A DNA stretch of 64,000 nt from a bacterium (GTDB taxonomy: Bacteria > Electryoneota > JAOADG01): the NCBI GenBank assembly GCA_963681965.1, contig OY820579.1, positions 3,808,001-3,872,000 of the forward strand. The letters are read 5' to 3'. Each line of letters opens with the position of its first letter. Position 1 is the stretch's first letter. A program made the position numbers and the translations under genes. Positions 1 through 10,613 of the stretch are shown in pieces. The notes under the pieces were generated by a model. It ran no database searches and was not told the DNA's origin. It saw only the letters and a list, made by a program, of their open reading frames with translations.

Positions 1-2
1 GC

Positions 3-425
3 GTAGGTTTCTACAACTTTCGATATAGTTGTGGTGTTACTGCTGTCGGCAATATCGCATATGTCACAACTTGGCATGATGGTTCACCGTCGCAATATTT
101 AGATATCTTCGACTGTTCGCAGGCACTCGGTGTCGTTGATCGTGTCGGCGAATCCGTTCCCACCACTTTCACGTTAAAACCTAATTACCCCAATCCGTTC
201 AATGCGACGACATCCATCCGCTATGCGATTGCGAAGAGCGGGAAGGTCGATCTGCGCGTATTCGATGTGACCGGCAAAGAGGTTGCGAAACTGGTCAATT
301 TCGAGCAGGATCCCGGCGAGTATTCATTTACATTCGATGGCAAGAGTCTTGCCACCGGCACCTATCTCGTGCGTCTCACCGCCGGCAATTTCACCCAGAC
401 CCAAAAGATCGTTCTCTTGAAGTAG
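3..425 (+). CDS. 5'-truncated secreted protein; C-terminal T9SS type-A sorting (FlgD-Ig-like) domain
   Basis: Open frame from the window edge reads ...NYPNPFNATTSIRYAIAKSGKVDLRVFDVTGKEVAKLV...LATGTYLVRLTAGNFTQTQKIVLLK*, stop TAG at 423-425. Confidence 0.9.
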   Translation, partial: VGFYNFRYSCGVTAVGNIAYVTTWHDGSPSQYLDIFDCSQALGVVDRVGESVPTTFTLKPNYPNPFNATTSIRYAIAKSGKVDLRVFDVTGKEVAKLVNFEQDPGEYSFTFDGKSLATGTYLVRLTAGNFTQTQKIVLLK

Positions 426-2580
426 TGCCGATCTCCGAATCGGTATCTTTTTTTACTGTAGGGGCGTATCGCATACGCCCGAAGCGGCAGGCAGCGCCTG
501 ACGCAAAGAATAGATGATGAGTGGTGCTATTAAAGTAGTTCACATCATGAAGTAGGGGCGGACCACCGTGTCCGCCCGCATCTTTTTTTTGTCGATGCGA
601 ATGCGCCGTTCGGCGCATGTGGCAACCTACTCTTTTTTTCTGTTCATCCTTTTTTGGTAGCGGCGGACTTTAGTCCGCTTTCTGTTTTCTTTGTAGCCGC
701 AGGCTTTAGCCTGCGTTTTATATTCTTGAATTTTGTATCCTGTAGAATGGGCAACCCTCCACGCCTACCCGATGAATTTTGGACACAAGAGGAGTCGGAA
801 TAAATTCCGACCTACAGCAATACGATCGTACGATTTTTACAGTAGGGGCGGACCACCGTGTCCGCCCGCATCTTTTTTTTGTCGTTGCGAATGCGCCGTT
901 CGGCGCATGTGGCAACCAACTCTTTACATCTTTCCCCAATCCCCACCACCTACCACCCATGACCTATCTTTTTGTAGCCGCAGGCTTCAGCCTGCGTTTT
1001 TCTTTCTTGTATCCTTTGTCCTCGAGCCCACCCGATCAATTTTGGACACAAGAGGTGGTCAGAACAAGTTCTGACCTACAGCAATACGATCGTACGATTT
1101 TTCCAGTAGGGGCGGACTCCCATGCCCGCCCGCATCTTTTTTTTTTGTCGTTGCGAATGCGCCGTTCGGCGCATGTGGCAACCTACTCTTTTTTTCTGTT
1201 CATCCTTTTTTGGTAGCGGCGGACTTTAGTCCGCTTTCTGTTTTCTTTGTAGCCGCAGGCTTCAGCCTGCGTTTTATATTCTTGAATTTTGTATCCTGTA
1301 GAATGGGCAACCCTCCACGCCTGCCCGATGAATTTTGGACACAAGAGGTGGTCAGAACAAGTTCTGACCTACAGCAATACGATCGAACAATTTTTCCAGT
1401 AGGGGCGGGCTCCCATACCCGCCCGCATCTTTTTTTTGTCGTTGCGAATGCGCCGTCCGGCGCATGTGGCAACCCACTCTTTTTTTCTGTTCATCCTTTT
1501 TTGGTAGCGGCGGACTTTAGTCCGCTTTCTGTTTTCTTTGTAGCCGCAGGCTTCAGCCTGCGTTTTTCTTTCTTGTATCCTTTATCCTCGCACCCGCCCG
1601 ATGAATTTTGGACACAAGAGGAGTCGGAATAAATTCCGACCTACAGCAATACGATCGTACGATTTTTCCAGTAGGGGCGGGCTCCCATGCCCGCCCGCAT
1701 CTTTTTTTTTGTCGTTGCGAATGCGCCGTTCGGCGCATGTGGCAACCAACTCTTTACATCTTTCCCCAATCCCCACCACCTACCACCCATGACCTATCTT
1801 TTAGTAGCCGCAGGCTTCAGCCTGCGTTTTTCTTTCTTGTATCCTTTATCCTCGAGCCTGCCCGATGAATTTTGGACACAAGAGGAGTCGGAATAAATTC
1901 CGACCTACAGCAATACGATCGTACGATTTTTCCAGTAGGGGCGGGCTCCCATGCCCGCCCGCATCTTTTTTTTGTCGTTGCGAATGCGCCGTTCGGCGCA
2001 TGTGGCAACCCACTCTTTACATCTTTCCCCAATCCCCACCACCTACAACCCATGACCTATCTTTTAGTAGCCGCAGGCTTCAGACTGCGTTTTTCTTTCT
2101 TGTATCCTTTGTCCTCGAGCCCACCCGATCAATTTTGGACACAAGAGGAGTCGGAATAAATTCCGACCTACAGCAATACGATCGTACGATTTTTACAGTA
2201 GAGGCGGGCTCCCATGCCCGCCCGCATCTTTTTTTTGTCATTGCGAATGCGCCATTCGGCGCATGTGGCAACCCCGAAGGGCTCACCGAAAGTAATCTCC
2301 TCGGGTTTTTCATTTACAAGAGTAGATTGCCACACATCGCGCGCAATGACAGAAGAAGATGCGATGAATTTGAATTTGAGGGTGTGCGATTTTAAGGGGA
2401 ATTTTCCGGACACAAGAGGATCGCAGGCTCGGAGGTCTGCGCCACCAACAAAATGGGGGTTGGGTATTGGGTGGTAGTGTTGGGAAAAGACAATAAAAGA
2501 TTCAAGAACGCTGTCTAAAACCTGCGGCAACAAAGAAAACAGATATTGAAAAAAAAAACGGACTAAAGTCCGCCGCTACC
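422..2580. repeat. Composite REP-like palindrome array with about 7 mosaic tandem units of ~263-293 bp
   Basis: GGACACAAGAGG anchor at 781, 1044, 1337, 1610, 1874, 2137 and 2408. Units contain GTAG-hairpins (GTAGGGGCGG..CCGCCC, GTAGCCGCAGGCTTCAGCCTGCG, GTAGCGGCGGACTTTAGTCCGC, reverse GTAGGTCGGAATTTATTCCGAC) and TGTCGTTGCGAATGCGCCGTTCGGCGCAT. Confidence 0.9.
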
Positions 2581-2780
2581 AAAAGAGAAAAGAAAAAAAG
2601 TCGGAATTGAGTACTAAACTGACTGGATTTTAGTTTTATTCGATATTTACGAAAAATTCAATTTCTTAAAATATTTCTTTTGTTAGCTGTGCAATCGCAT
2701 TAAATTTATCTTCACAAGACTTCGATTTCTATCACGAATGCATTCCCTATCGACTCGATATTCATTTTGCGGGAGGAACG

Positions 2781-4226
2781 ATGATTAAGACGCTTGGCAG
2801 TATGCTTCTCCTCTGTTTGTTAGCCGGATCGGTGATCGCCAATCCGATCGGTTTCGACTTTATCACGACCGATATCAATTTTGAAACATTTTACCCGATC
2901 ATGTACAACGGCAGCCCGGTTCCATGTGGCAAGCTGATCCAAATTATTCGTCCTGCCACAACCAACGGTCCGCTCCACACGCCGATATTGACTGGCACAT
3001 CACTCGGTATGCCGGGTGAAGGGGATATACTAAGCTGTCAATTTGCGATCGGTGAAGGGGTTGGCGATATGGACGGGATGTTTGCATTGTACTTGACCGG
3101 CGAAACTGCGACTCCGATCAATACCCAAACAGCAACATCGTTGAATGCCGGAACCCGATTTTACATCCGGGTCTGGGCGGATGTCGACTACAATACTGCG
3201 TATCCGTTTCCAGCCGGAAGATATTACGCAGACGGTGGTCCCTTTGTTGTCCCGACTACCGACAGCTCGCTGTACGATATTCAAGTGAATCCGACATCTG
3301 CGAATCCCATTTGGAATAGATTTATCGAAACCCGACCATCCATCCATATCACTGAAGTGAATGGCACCACCCTTGCAAATCCTTTGAATTTCGGGTCGTC
3401 GATTCTGGGTACTCCCGTGACACATGTAATTCGAATCACTTACAATGGATTTCTGCCAGCACAACTGTTCGATTATTCGATCTCAGGCGATTTTTCGATT
3501 TCATCGGTTCACGGTCCATTCATCGGAAGTATGGGATACGGATACCGCGATGATACCCTCACCTTCACGCCCACTGCGATTGGTACCCGGACAGGAACCT
3601 ACAGTTTTTCTCACAATGGATCCAATATTCCTAATCCATACACGATCAATCTATCCGGTACCGGATTGGGAATTCCACCTCTGATCCCGCTTATTACCGA
3701 GGTGGACGGCGGTCCAATCGTTTCGCCGTTAAATTTCGGTTCGACAATCGTTGGCACGTCGCTGACTCACACGATCCGCATCACCAATACCGGCATGGCG
3801 GTATTGACACTTTCCAGCGCTTCGACAACCGGCAATTTCTCGTGTTCAACCCTTGCCAGTTCCATTACGCCGGGCGATCATCACGATGTGACATTGACAT
3901 TTTCACCGACTGTCGCCGATAATTGTGTCGGTATATTCAGCTTTTCGCATAATGGTTCTGGTAGCCCCTATACTTTGAATCTAACCGGTACCGGTTTACC
4001 GATTCCGGATCCGAACGATCTGGCAATCACACTTACCGAAACGATCAATGGCGATGCCGTATTGTCTTGGTCGGCAGTAACTGGCGCGTCGTCGTATCGG
4101 GTTTATTCGGCACCGGATCAGACGGGTCCCTGGACTTTGATTGCATCGACGGGAATCAACAGCTACACCGATTTGAATGCCACTTCCGGTATCCAAAAAG
4201 TATATCGGGTGACGGCGGCAAATTGA
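2781..4226 (+). CDS. Secreted protein with two ASH/choice-of-anchor-D Ig-like domains and a C-terminal FN3-like domain
   Basis: 481 aa with GGAGG RBS and signal peptide; two 'PLNFGS...TH.IRIT...F.P...G...G..SFSHNGS..PYT.NL.GTG' repeats; ends LSWSAVTGASSYRVY...YRVTAAN. Confidence 0.8.
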   Translation: MIKTLGSMLLLCLLAGSVIANPIGFDFITTDINFETFYPIMYNGSPVPCGKLIQIIRPATTNGPLHTPILTGTSLGMPGEGDILSCQFAIGEGVGDMDGMFALYLTGETATPINTQTATSLNAGTRFYIRVWADVDYNTAYPFPAGRYYADGGPFVVPTTDSSLYDIQVNPTSANPIWNRFIETRPSIHITEVNGTTLANPLNFGSSILGTPVTHVIRITYNGFLPAQLFDYSISGDFSISSVHGPFIGSMGYGYRDDTLTFTPTAIGTRTGTYSFSHNGSNIPNPYTINLSGTGLGIPPLIPLITEVDGGPIVSPLNFGSTIVGTSLTHTIRITNTGMAVLTLSSASTTGNFSCSTLASSITPGDHHDVTLTFSPTVADNCVGIFSFSHNGSGSPYTLNLTGTGLPIPDPNDLAITLTETINGDAVLSWSAVTGASSYRVYSAPDQTGPWTLIASTGINSYTDLNATSGIQKVYRVTAAN

Positions 4227-4263
4227 TGGCTGCTTGAGCCGGGGAATACTATACGACTATCGG

Positions 4264-4286
4264 TGGGCGGGCTAAAAACCCGCCCA
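4264..4286. terminator. Hairpin after 2781-4226 gene, probable terminator
   Basis: TGGGCGGG-CTAAAAA-CCCGCCCA stem; no clear U-tract. Confidence 0.4.
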
Positions 4287-4416
4287 TCATCATACCGCTG
4301 ACCGAATTCTCAAGTCACAATCAATCGACGAGATTGTACTACAATATTTCATTGTGGTTTCCTTTCCTGATTATATTACCGGTAATTGATATCAATCGAA
4401 CTATTCCGAGGAACCG

Positions 4417-4995
4417 ATGTCGCGAATTACCGGAGGATTTGGCAAAGGTCGCCATCTGGTGAATGCCCCGAAAAGTCGTCCGACTTCCAGCCGTGCCCGT
4501 GAAGCACTCTTCTCGATCCTGACAGCCGATATTCCCGGCGCGATTTTCTGCGATGCCTTTGCCGGCGGCGGCAGTGTCGGAATCGAAGCGCTCTCGCGCG
4601 GCGCCGCATCCGTGTTGTTTATCGAGATCTCGCATCATGCAATCACCACGATCCACGAGAATCTCTCCCGCACCGGCTTCACGCATATCGAGCGCGACCA
4701 CTGGCGCGATGCCGAGCAACATAACGCGATCACGATGCAAGGCGATTTGTACAAATTGTCGAAACGACCTGCACCGACGGGACCAGTCGATCTCTGGTTT
4801 CTCGATCCACCGTGGACTACTTTGCAATTACCGGTCCTGCTCGGCGCAATTGAAGAGAGTCCATGGCTGGCAACTGGCGGCATCGCAATTCTTGAACACC
4901 CGACCCGGATGTCGCCTACCGATCCGGACGGATTTCAACTCATCGACCGTCGAAAATACGGCGACACCAGTTTCTCGATGTGGCAAAAAGGGTAA
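4417..4995 (+). CDS. rsmD: 16S rRNA (guanine(966)-N2)-methyltransferase
   Basis: RITGG..KGR.L, RPTSSRAREALFSIL, DAFAGGGSVGIEALSRGA, FLDPPW, RKYGDT motifs. Confidence 0.9.
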   Translation: MSRITGGFGKGRHLVNAPKSRPTSSRAREALFSILTADIPGAIFCDAFAGGGSVGIEALSRGAASVLFIEISHHAITTIHENLSRTGFTHIERDHWRDAEQHNAITMQGDLYKLSKRPAPTGPVDLWFLDPPWTTLQLPVLLGAIEESPWLATGGIAILEHPTRMSPTDPDGFQLIDRRKYGDTSFSMWQKG

Positions 4996-4998
4996 TCC

Positions 4999-5967
4999 AT
5001 GAATCAGGATGAAATTCCGACCGGACCGATCCCGGAACACGGCAGTGAAACACCGTACAGCAATATCCCGACACCACCCTCGATTGGGGTGCCGGAAATG
5101 AAACGGCTCGCCCCTGAACCATTGCAGCCGTGGGTCAATAAGACGATCCGCGATACCTTCACCGGTTTTCTGCATGCGCCGATTCATATTTGCATCGCTT
5201 CTATCTTTCCGCTGCTACCCTCGCTTCTGCTGCCGAAAATCGATTTCAAGAAGATGTTCGAAGTCGGGGCAAACGGAATGCCCGATTGGTCGAAATGGAG
5301 CGAACATCTTGGCGATCTGTCGCTGTTTTTTGTCATCTCGCTGATGGCAACGCTGATTGCGTATGCGATTGCCTTTCGGTGGGCGGATCGAATGCGGTTA
5401 GAACGCTCGTTCGGGATCGAAGAATATCTTGCCGGATTGGCGTCAGTACCGCGAATCTTGTTCGCATTTCTGTTTCAGACGGTTGTATTTATCGGTGCGA
5501 TCGTTGCAACGACGCCGCTGCTCGCACTGATGTTACTGAGTGGCGCGATGTTCATTCTCTGGTTGATGGTGGTGTTGGCGGTAATGATTTACCTGCTTTA
5601 CGCCTGGGTTGCGCGCTTCGATTACTTTATGGCGGGAATGGCAGTCACCCACGAACCGATCGGCGTGCTGTTGAAGGAAATCTGGAATATGCCGAAGTGG
5701 TTGTTGCAGCGATTTCAGGTACTTTTGCTATACCGCATTCTCGCCGGGATTGTGATTACAATATTGTTCATTCCGGTTCAACTGGCACTGGCAAAATTCG
5801 AACAGTATTTACTGATTCCGAGTTATATCGTGCAGGTGGTTGCCATGGTTTTTCTAGTAACGACGGTCGTTGGATTTGTTCGCGGTCGCGACGAATGGGC
5901 GGAACTATCCGAACAGGATCCGGAGGAAAAGAAACCGGCGGTTTCAACGCGGCAGTGGGAAGTGTAA
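4999..5967 (+). CDS. Hypothetical multi-pass membrane protein
   Basis: 322 aa ORF starting 3 nt after the rsmD stop; about 6 hydrophobic segments. Confidence 0.75.
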   Translation: MNQDEIPTGPIPEHGSETPYSNIPTPPSIGVPEMKRLAPEPLQPWVNKTIRDTFTGFLHAPIHICIASIFPLLPSLLLPKIDFKKMFEVGANGMPDWSKWSEHLGDLSLFFVISLMATLIAYAIAFRWADRMRLERSFGIEEYLAGLASVPRILFAFLFQTVVFIGAIVATTPLLALMLLSGAMFILWLMVVLAVMIYLLYAWVARFDYFMAGMAVTHEPIGVLLKEIWNMPKWLLQRFQVLLLYRILAGIVITILFIPVQLALAKFEQYLLIPSYIVQVVAMVFLVTTVVGFVRGRDEWAELSEQDPEEKKPAVSTRQWEV

Positions 5968-6034
5968 AGAGATATTGTATCTCAGATTTCCGCATCAGAT
6001 TTCACATCCGCGTGTCCTGCATTCTGACAGAAAT

Positions 6035-6628
6035 TTATTCCGCCTTAAAAATATATAGGATCCCGAGCGACGATGCGCCGAAATCGGCAGGCAGCGGTGG
6101 CAGCGGGTTCGCCGAAAGAATTGCGCGCATCCCCGCTTGATCGAATAGCGCATTCCCCGACTGCTTTTGGACTTTCAAATTGGTGGCACGACCGGTGCGA
6201 TCGATCGAGAAATGAATATCGGTTTCCAATCCGGGTGCTTTCGTCGGTGGAACAAACATCGCCTCGATTTTTTTCTCAACTAATTCCAGATAATAACCGT
6301 GCGGAAACGCACCATCGGTCGCGATACCAGTCGATATTCCACCGTGTTTCACTTCCCCTTTGCCCGTTCCGGTATTGGTGGTTTCGAGACTGCTGCTCTT
6401 CTCGACTTTCTCATCCGGCACACTTTTTTCGGATTTCGGAGCACTTTCCTTTTTCGGAATCAACTGTCGTTGCCGACCGGGTGCACCGCCGGAAACCAGC
6501 GACACCTGCCGATAGCCGGGACGAACCATACCCGTCTGCCGCGAGAACGTCGCATTCCACGAGGAAATGATGAACGCTCCGGCAACGATGGCATGAATAC
6601 CTGCCGAAATGACGAACGAGAGTTTCAC
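6035..6628 (-). CDS. TonB/TolA-family energy transducer (TonB C-terminal domain)
   Basis: N-terminal TM 'SAGIH' (SxxxH), charged linker, C-terminal 'SGNALFDQAGMRAI..ANPLPPLP'; follows exbBD/tolQR-like genes. Confidence 0.85.
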   Translation of the reverse strand: MKLSFVISAGIHAIVAGAFIISSWNATFSRQTGMVRPGYRQVSLVSGGAPGRQRQLIPKKESAPKSEKSVPDEKVEKSSSLETTNTGTGKGEVKHGGISTGIATDGAFPHGYYLELVEKKIEAMFVPPTKAPGLETDIHFSIDRTGRATNLKVQKQSGNALFDQAGMRAILSANPLPPLPADFGASSLGILYIFKAE

Positions 6629-7041
6629 CGTTTCTTTTTCTCCGGCATCGATTCTGTTACCAATCCCAAATCGACGACGCCTGCTTCCTTCAATAAATCG
6701 ACTATCTGCAAAATATCGCCATAAGCAATCCCGGCATCGCCCCGCAGATAAACCGGTGTATTCGGTTTACTCGAGGTGATCTGCTTGAATGCTTCAATCA
6801 AATTCTCGCGCCGTACCGGCAGCCGATCGATGAAGATCCCGCCATTCGCTTTGACCGTGACATCGATTCCTTCGCGGGTGATTGTCGGCAACGAAGTCGA
6901 TTTCGGCAGCGAGACATCCACCCCGCTCCGCAGCAACGGCGCGGTAATGATGAAGATCACCAGCAGTACGAGCATCACGTCTACTAGCGGTGTGACGTTG
7001 ATCTCGGACATCTGACGACCGTGTTCGCCCAATTTCATCAT
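6625..7041 (-). CDS. ExbD/TolR biopolymer transport protein
   Basis: SEINVTPLVDVMLVLLVIFIITAP and LRGD..IAYG motifs. Confidence 0.93.
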   Translation of the reverse strand: MMKLGEHGRQMSEINVTPLVDVMLVLLVIFIITAPLLRSGVDVSLPKSTSLPTITREGIDVTVKANGGIFIDRLPVRRENLIEAFKQITSSKPNTPVYLRGDAGIAYGDILQIVDLLKEAGVVDLGLVTESMPEKKKR

Positions 7042-7667
7042 CGACCTCCGGTCACTGCCCGATTATGGAATACCAGAATGAAATCGGCGGCTTGTTCGAT
7101 TCGCCGCGCCTCATCCCGCACTCGCGCCACAAAGTAGTTGTATCCGACCACTGCCGGCACTGCGACCACCAGACCGGCGGCAGTACAGATCAAGGCTTCC
7201 GCGATTCCGGGTGCGACCACTGCAAGGTTTGGCGAGCCGTAGCGACCGATCCCGATAAATGCATCGATGATACCCCATACCGTACCGAAGAGTCCGATAA
7301 ATGGCGAGGTCGATCCGATCGTTGCCAGAATCGGCAACCCGCGTTCTATTTGACCCAGCTCCGCTTCACCGACGATCCGCGCATATCGCTCCAGTGCGGC
7401 TGGATCGGTCTCCCGCTCCGCACGCTGTGCAACTTGACGGACGGTACGTGCGGACGGCAATTTATCGAACATTCGACTTTGACTCGACCACTCGCTCCAC
7501 TGCGCAATATTCGAGATGCGCGCAATCAACTGGGGAAATCCTTTTTTCGATTTCACGAACCGGAGATACCGGTCGATAATCAAACCCCACGAGAGAATAG
7601 ATAGCAAGAGCAGTAGCAACAAGGTAAGTTGACCGACAAACGACAGTTCGGACAGACTGATCGGCAC
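7038..7667 (-). CDS. MotA/TolQ/ExbB proton channel protein
   Basis: LATIGSTSPFIGLFGTVWGI and VVAPGIAEALICTAAGL motifs. Confidence 0.93.
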   Translation of the reverse strand: MPISLSELSFVGQLTLLLLLLLSILSWGLIIDRYLRFVKSKKGFPQLIARISNIAQWSEWSSQSRMFDKLPSARTVRQVAQRAERETDPAALERYARIVGEAELGQIERGLPILATIGSTSPFIGLFGTVWGIIDAFIGIGRYGSPNLAVVAPGIAEALICTAAGLVVAVPAVVGYNYFVARVRDEARRIEQAADFILVFHNRAVTGGR

Positions 7668-7919
7668 GATGCCTCCTGAAATAAAATCTGAGAATAGTAC
7701 GGATACCCACTAGATCTACGTGGAGTATCGGATCGGGCAAGTTGCAGACCTATTCCGCTGGTTCACCCGGCTTGCTCGATCCCTGTAATATACAACCGCC
7801 ATCGGAGATCTGCAGTTCCTCGGAAAGTGATTTATGAAAATTGATTTTATCGGAAGTTATGTCACGGTAGATCGGTTTCGTGGTGATACCGCCGGAAGTT
7901 CTCCTCCCGCGTCGGTTTT

Positions 7920-8287
7920 GGTAGCGGCGGACATTCGTCCGCTTTCTTTTTCGGTATCTGTTTCTGTTTTAATTCATGAATTGCGGAATGAAGACCGAAT
8001 CGATAGATCAGTGTGGTGATGGTAGGGGCGAATCGCATTCGCCCAAAGCGGCAGGCAGCGCCTGCCGCAAAGAATAGATGATCGGGTGATGTTTAATGGG
8101 GAAAAGATGGTGGCAATCGTATTGTTGTAGGTCAGAACTTGTTCTGACCACCTCTTGTGTCCGAAAAAAACGATAAAATAAAAAGAGTAGGTTGCCACAC
8201 TTCGCGCGACAAACGCGCTACGTTCGCAACGACAAAACATGATACAGGATAAAAATATACGGGCGGACACGGGGGTCCGCCCCTACT
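7920..8287. repeat. REP-like cluster
   Basis: GTAGCGGCGGACATTCGTCCGC, GTAGGGGCGAATCGCATTCGCCC, GTAGGTCAGAACTTGTTCTGACC, reverse GTAGGGGCGGACCCCCGTGTCCGCCC. Confidence 0.85.
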
Positions 8288-8292
8288 TGAAA

Positions 8293-10302
8293 TCACTTCA
8301 TAAATATTATTTTCTGCGTCGCGGAATAATTACCGGCAATCATCTTCACGAAATAGACGCCGCTCGACAATCGGTACGGTTGCCAAATCACCCGCTGTGA
8401 GCCTGCCGGATAGACTTTGTCCGCTAACGTCGTCACTTCGCGACCGGCGAGGTCGTACACCTTCACCGTCACTCTGCCCGAACGCGGTATCGTAAACCGC
8501 ACCGTCGTTACCGGATTGAACGGATTCGGATAGGTCGACAGCGCATAGTCGTAGGGAAGTACCGGTTTGATCGGTTCTTTCACTCCGACATTGAAACCCT
8601 GCACCTTCAATGGTGGATAATCGGGATAGGTTAAAGTCGAATCCATCCGAATCTGATTCCGTGGGAAGCTCTGTACATACACCTGATTCAGCGTCCAATC
8701 ATTGGCACAGTTGGAACCGGAGAGCGGTCCATCGATCCAGGTCGAACCACCGGAACGATCGTCGAAATACATCACATACAGCGAATCGTTGTTGGTCACT
8801 TCCGGCAATGTCGGCCAGATTCGGCTGTGCGCACTGCCCGATGCGGCACCGGCATTCGGTGTGGTATCGGTAATCGGCGTCGGATAATACCACGTCATAC
8901 CGGTATCGGTAGAAACGGTCACCCAGACATTCCCGCAGGGGTAGCCATTGGCACTGGTATCGTCTTCGGCATACCGCGTGAATGCGCAATACAATTTGTC
9001 GTCGGTGGAAATCGAGAGCGAGGTTCGATCGATCGTCGTGCGATAATATTGATTGTAATAATTCGGTGCCGCAAACCACCAACCGTCGGCAACCACCGAG
9101 AAGGTGTCGGGATGCGCATCGGTCCAGTGGTAATAAAGCGTCGGGAAATAGTTACCGCGACTGATCGGCGGTGTACGCGGTCGCTGCGTCGTGTCGATCG
9201 TCATATCCTCGATCACGCGAATGCAGTTAAAGACGATGTGCAAATGATCCTGATTGTCATACACCATCGCGGCATCGTTCATGAACCGGAACGTGTCGCC
9301 GGCAGCCGCCAGCGTGTCGTCGTCGAGATTGAAGCGATCCCAGCTCCATCCGCGGAAGCGGGTAATGTTGTTGGTCGAATCGTCGAAATTCCATGTCGAG
9401 CCGCCATTGGTCGAACGTGCAATCCAGAGGTCGTTGCAATATTCGGTGATTTGGAAATTGCGCCATCCCGCTTGATCGACGTACGCATTCGGAATCATCG
9501 TCGACGGCCACGCAATCGCCACTTTATCCGATATGCGCGAAGATGCGAGAGCATAGGAGTGTTCGAACGAGCGGAACGCATACGACCACGCCTGCGAATT
9601 GTGGACACCGGTGTCGGAACGGGCATAGAACAGCCGGAAGTATCCGAGTGAACGCCCGCCGTCGCGATTTCGACCGATGAGATGCGCACGGTTTTGATGG
9701 TCGATCGTCATCATCGGCCAGTTGATCGAGTCGTTCGGGAGCGCTTCGGGATTCGGTACCGTTACACGCCGGAAGGCACTGAGTTGATAGTCGTCGTCGA
9801 CACCGATCAACGTCGGCGTCGATACCGGTGCTTCCACCGGATGGTGCGCCGCAACCACTGCTCGTCCGTCGGGAAGCAGATCGATCGAGGGGAAACCTGA
9901 ACCGGTACCGTTGAACACTACCGATGGGGTCGACCAGCCGCCATTCGGTTCGCGGTAATTGTAGGAGATCACTCGATCGCCATTTCCCGAAGCACGCGCA
10001 TTCATCCAAGTGACATGCATTCCGCCGAGTGTGTCGCGTTCGAGATAGCGATTGTGGGCACCACGGCTGAACCAGTCGAGCCACGTCGAACCGACTACCC
10101 ATGCGGTATTCAATTCATCGGTCGAACGCACCGGACCGACCACAGTCGGCGTGGTTTCAGGTAAATTGGTCGGAATTGCCGGTTCGTAATCCGGTCGCGC
10201 CAGCAGTCGGACATTGTCGGATTTCAACGGACGCAATGCAATCGCTGGAAATACCAGGATCCCAATCGTCAAGAGTACTACTATCAGAATTCCAAATTTC
10301 AT
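8293..10302 (-). CDS. Secreted BNR/Asp-box (propeller-like) protein with T9SS CTD, paralog 1
   Basis: Start moved to MKFGIL (GGAGG RBS, signal peptide); Asp-boxes STNGGSTW and STDTGMTW; YPNPFN...KIIFMK tail. Confidence 0.88.
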   Translation of the reverse strand: MKFGILIVVLLTIGILVFPAIALRPLKSDNVRLLARPDYEPAIPTNLPETTPTVVGPVRSTDELNTAWVVGSTWLDWFSRGAHNRYLERDTLGGMHVTWMNARASGNGDRVISYNYREPNGGWSTPSVVFNGTGSGFPSIDLLPDGRAVVAAHHPVEAPVSTPTLIGVDDDYQLSAFRRVTVPNPEALPNDSINWPMMTIDHQNRAHLIGRNRDGGRSLGYFRLFYARSDTGVHNSQAWSYAFRSFEHSYALASSRISDKVAIAWPSTMIPNAYVDQAGWRNFQITEYCNDLWIARSTNGGSTWNFDDSTNNITRFRGWSWDRFNLDDDTLAAAGDTFRFMNDAAMVYDNQDHLHIVFNCIRVIEDMTIDTTQRPRTPPISRGNYFPTLYYHWTDAHPDTFSVVADGWWFAAPNYYNQYYRTTIDRTSLSISTDDKLYCAFTRYAEDDTSANGYPCGNVWVTVSTDTGMTWYYPTPITDTTPNAGAASGSAHSRIWPTLPEVTNNDSLYVMYFDDRSGGSTWIDGPLSGSNCANDWTLNQVYVQSFPRNQIRMDSTLTYPDYPPLKVQGFNVGVKEPIKPVLPYDYALSTYPNPFNPVTTVRFTIPRSGRVTVKVYDLAGREVTTLADKVYPAGSQRVIWQPYRLSSGVYFVKMIAGNYSATQKIIFMK

Positions 10303-10613
10303 TACCCCTCCACGGTCATCTGCTGAATATCGTATCTCGGAATGAATTCCGACTCCATCTGTGTCTTGTGGGCAGTACTGCCGATCTCCGAATCGGCGCT
10401 TTTTTTTATCTTTTGTTGATCCTTTTCTCTTTTCAATCTGAAATAACAAGAAAAAGACTACATGATGCCCGATCGGAGTTGGGCAGCAGTGCCGATCTGT
10501 TAACCAGCATTCCCGATTGTTTCATTATAATTCGTTGGAAACCAAAACTCAAGAAAAAAGTATCGGCGCAGACGAATTTTCACCTGCGCCGTGTAAGATA
10601 TTGAAACACCCGT

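Noticed and set aside
550-2300. CRISPR array
   Set aside because: The spacer-like parts are themselves repeated, the period is ~270 bp, and no cas genes are present.
391-2533. Many short overlapping ORFs in repeat arrays (also near 22000, 38000, 51000 and 54000)
   Set aside because: They are translations of palindromic repeats that appear in several frames, without RBS or domain signal.
5190-6140. 316-aa alternative-frame ORF and other long antisense ORFs (e.g. 8827-9651, 17180-18046, 62572-63336)
   Set aside because: They are shadows of real genes in GC-rich coding DNA.
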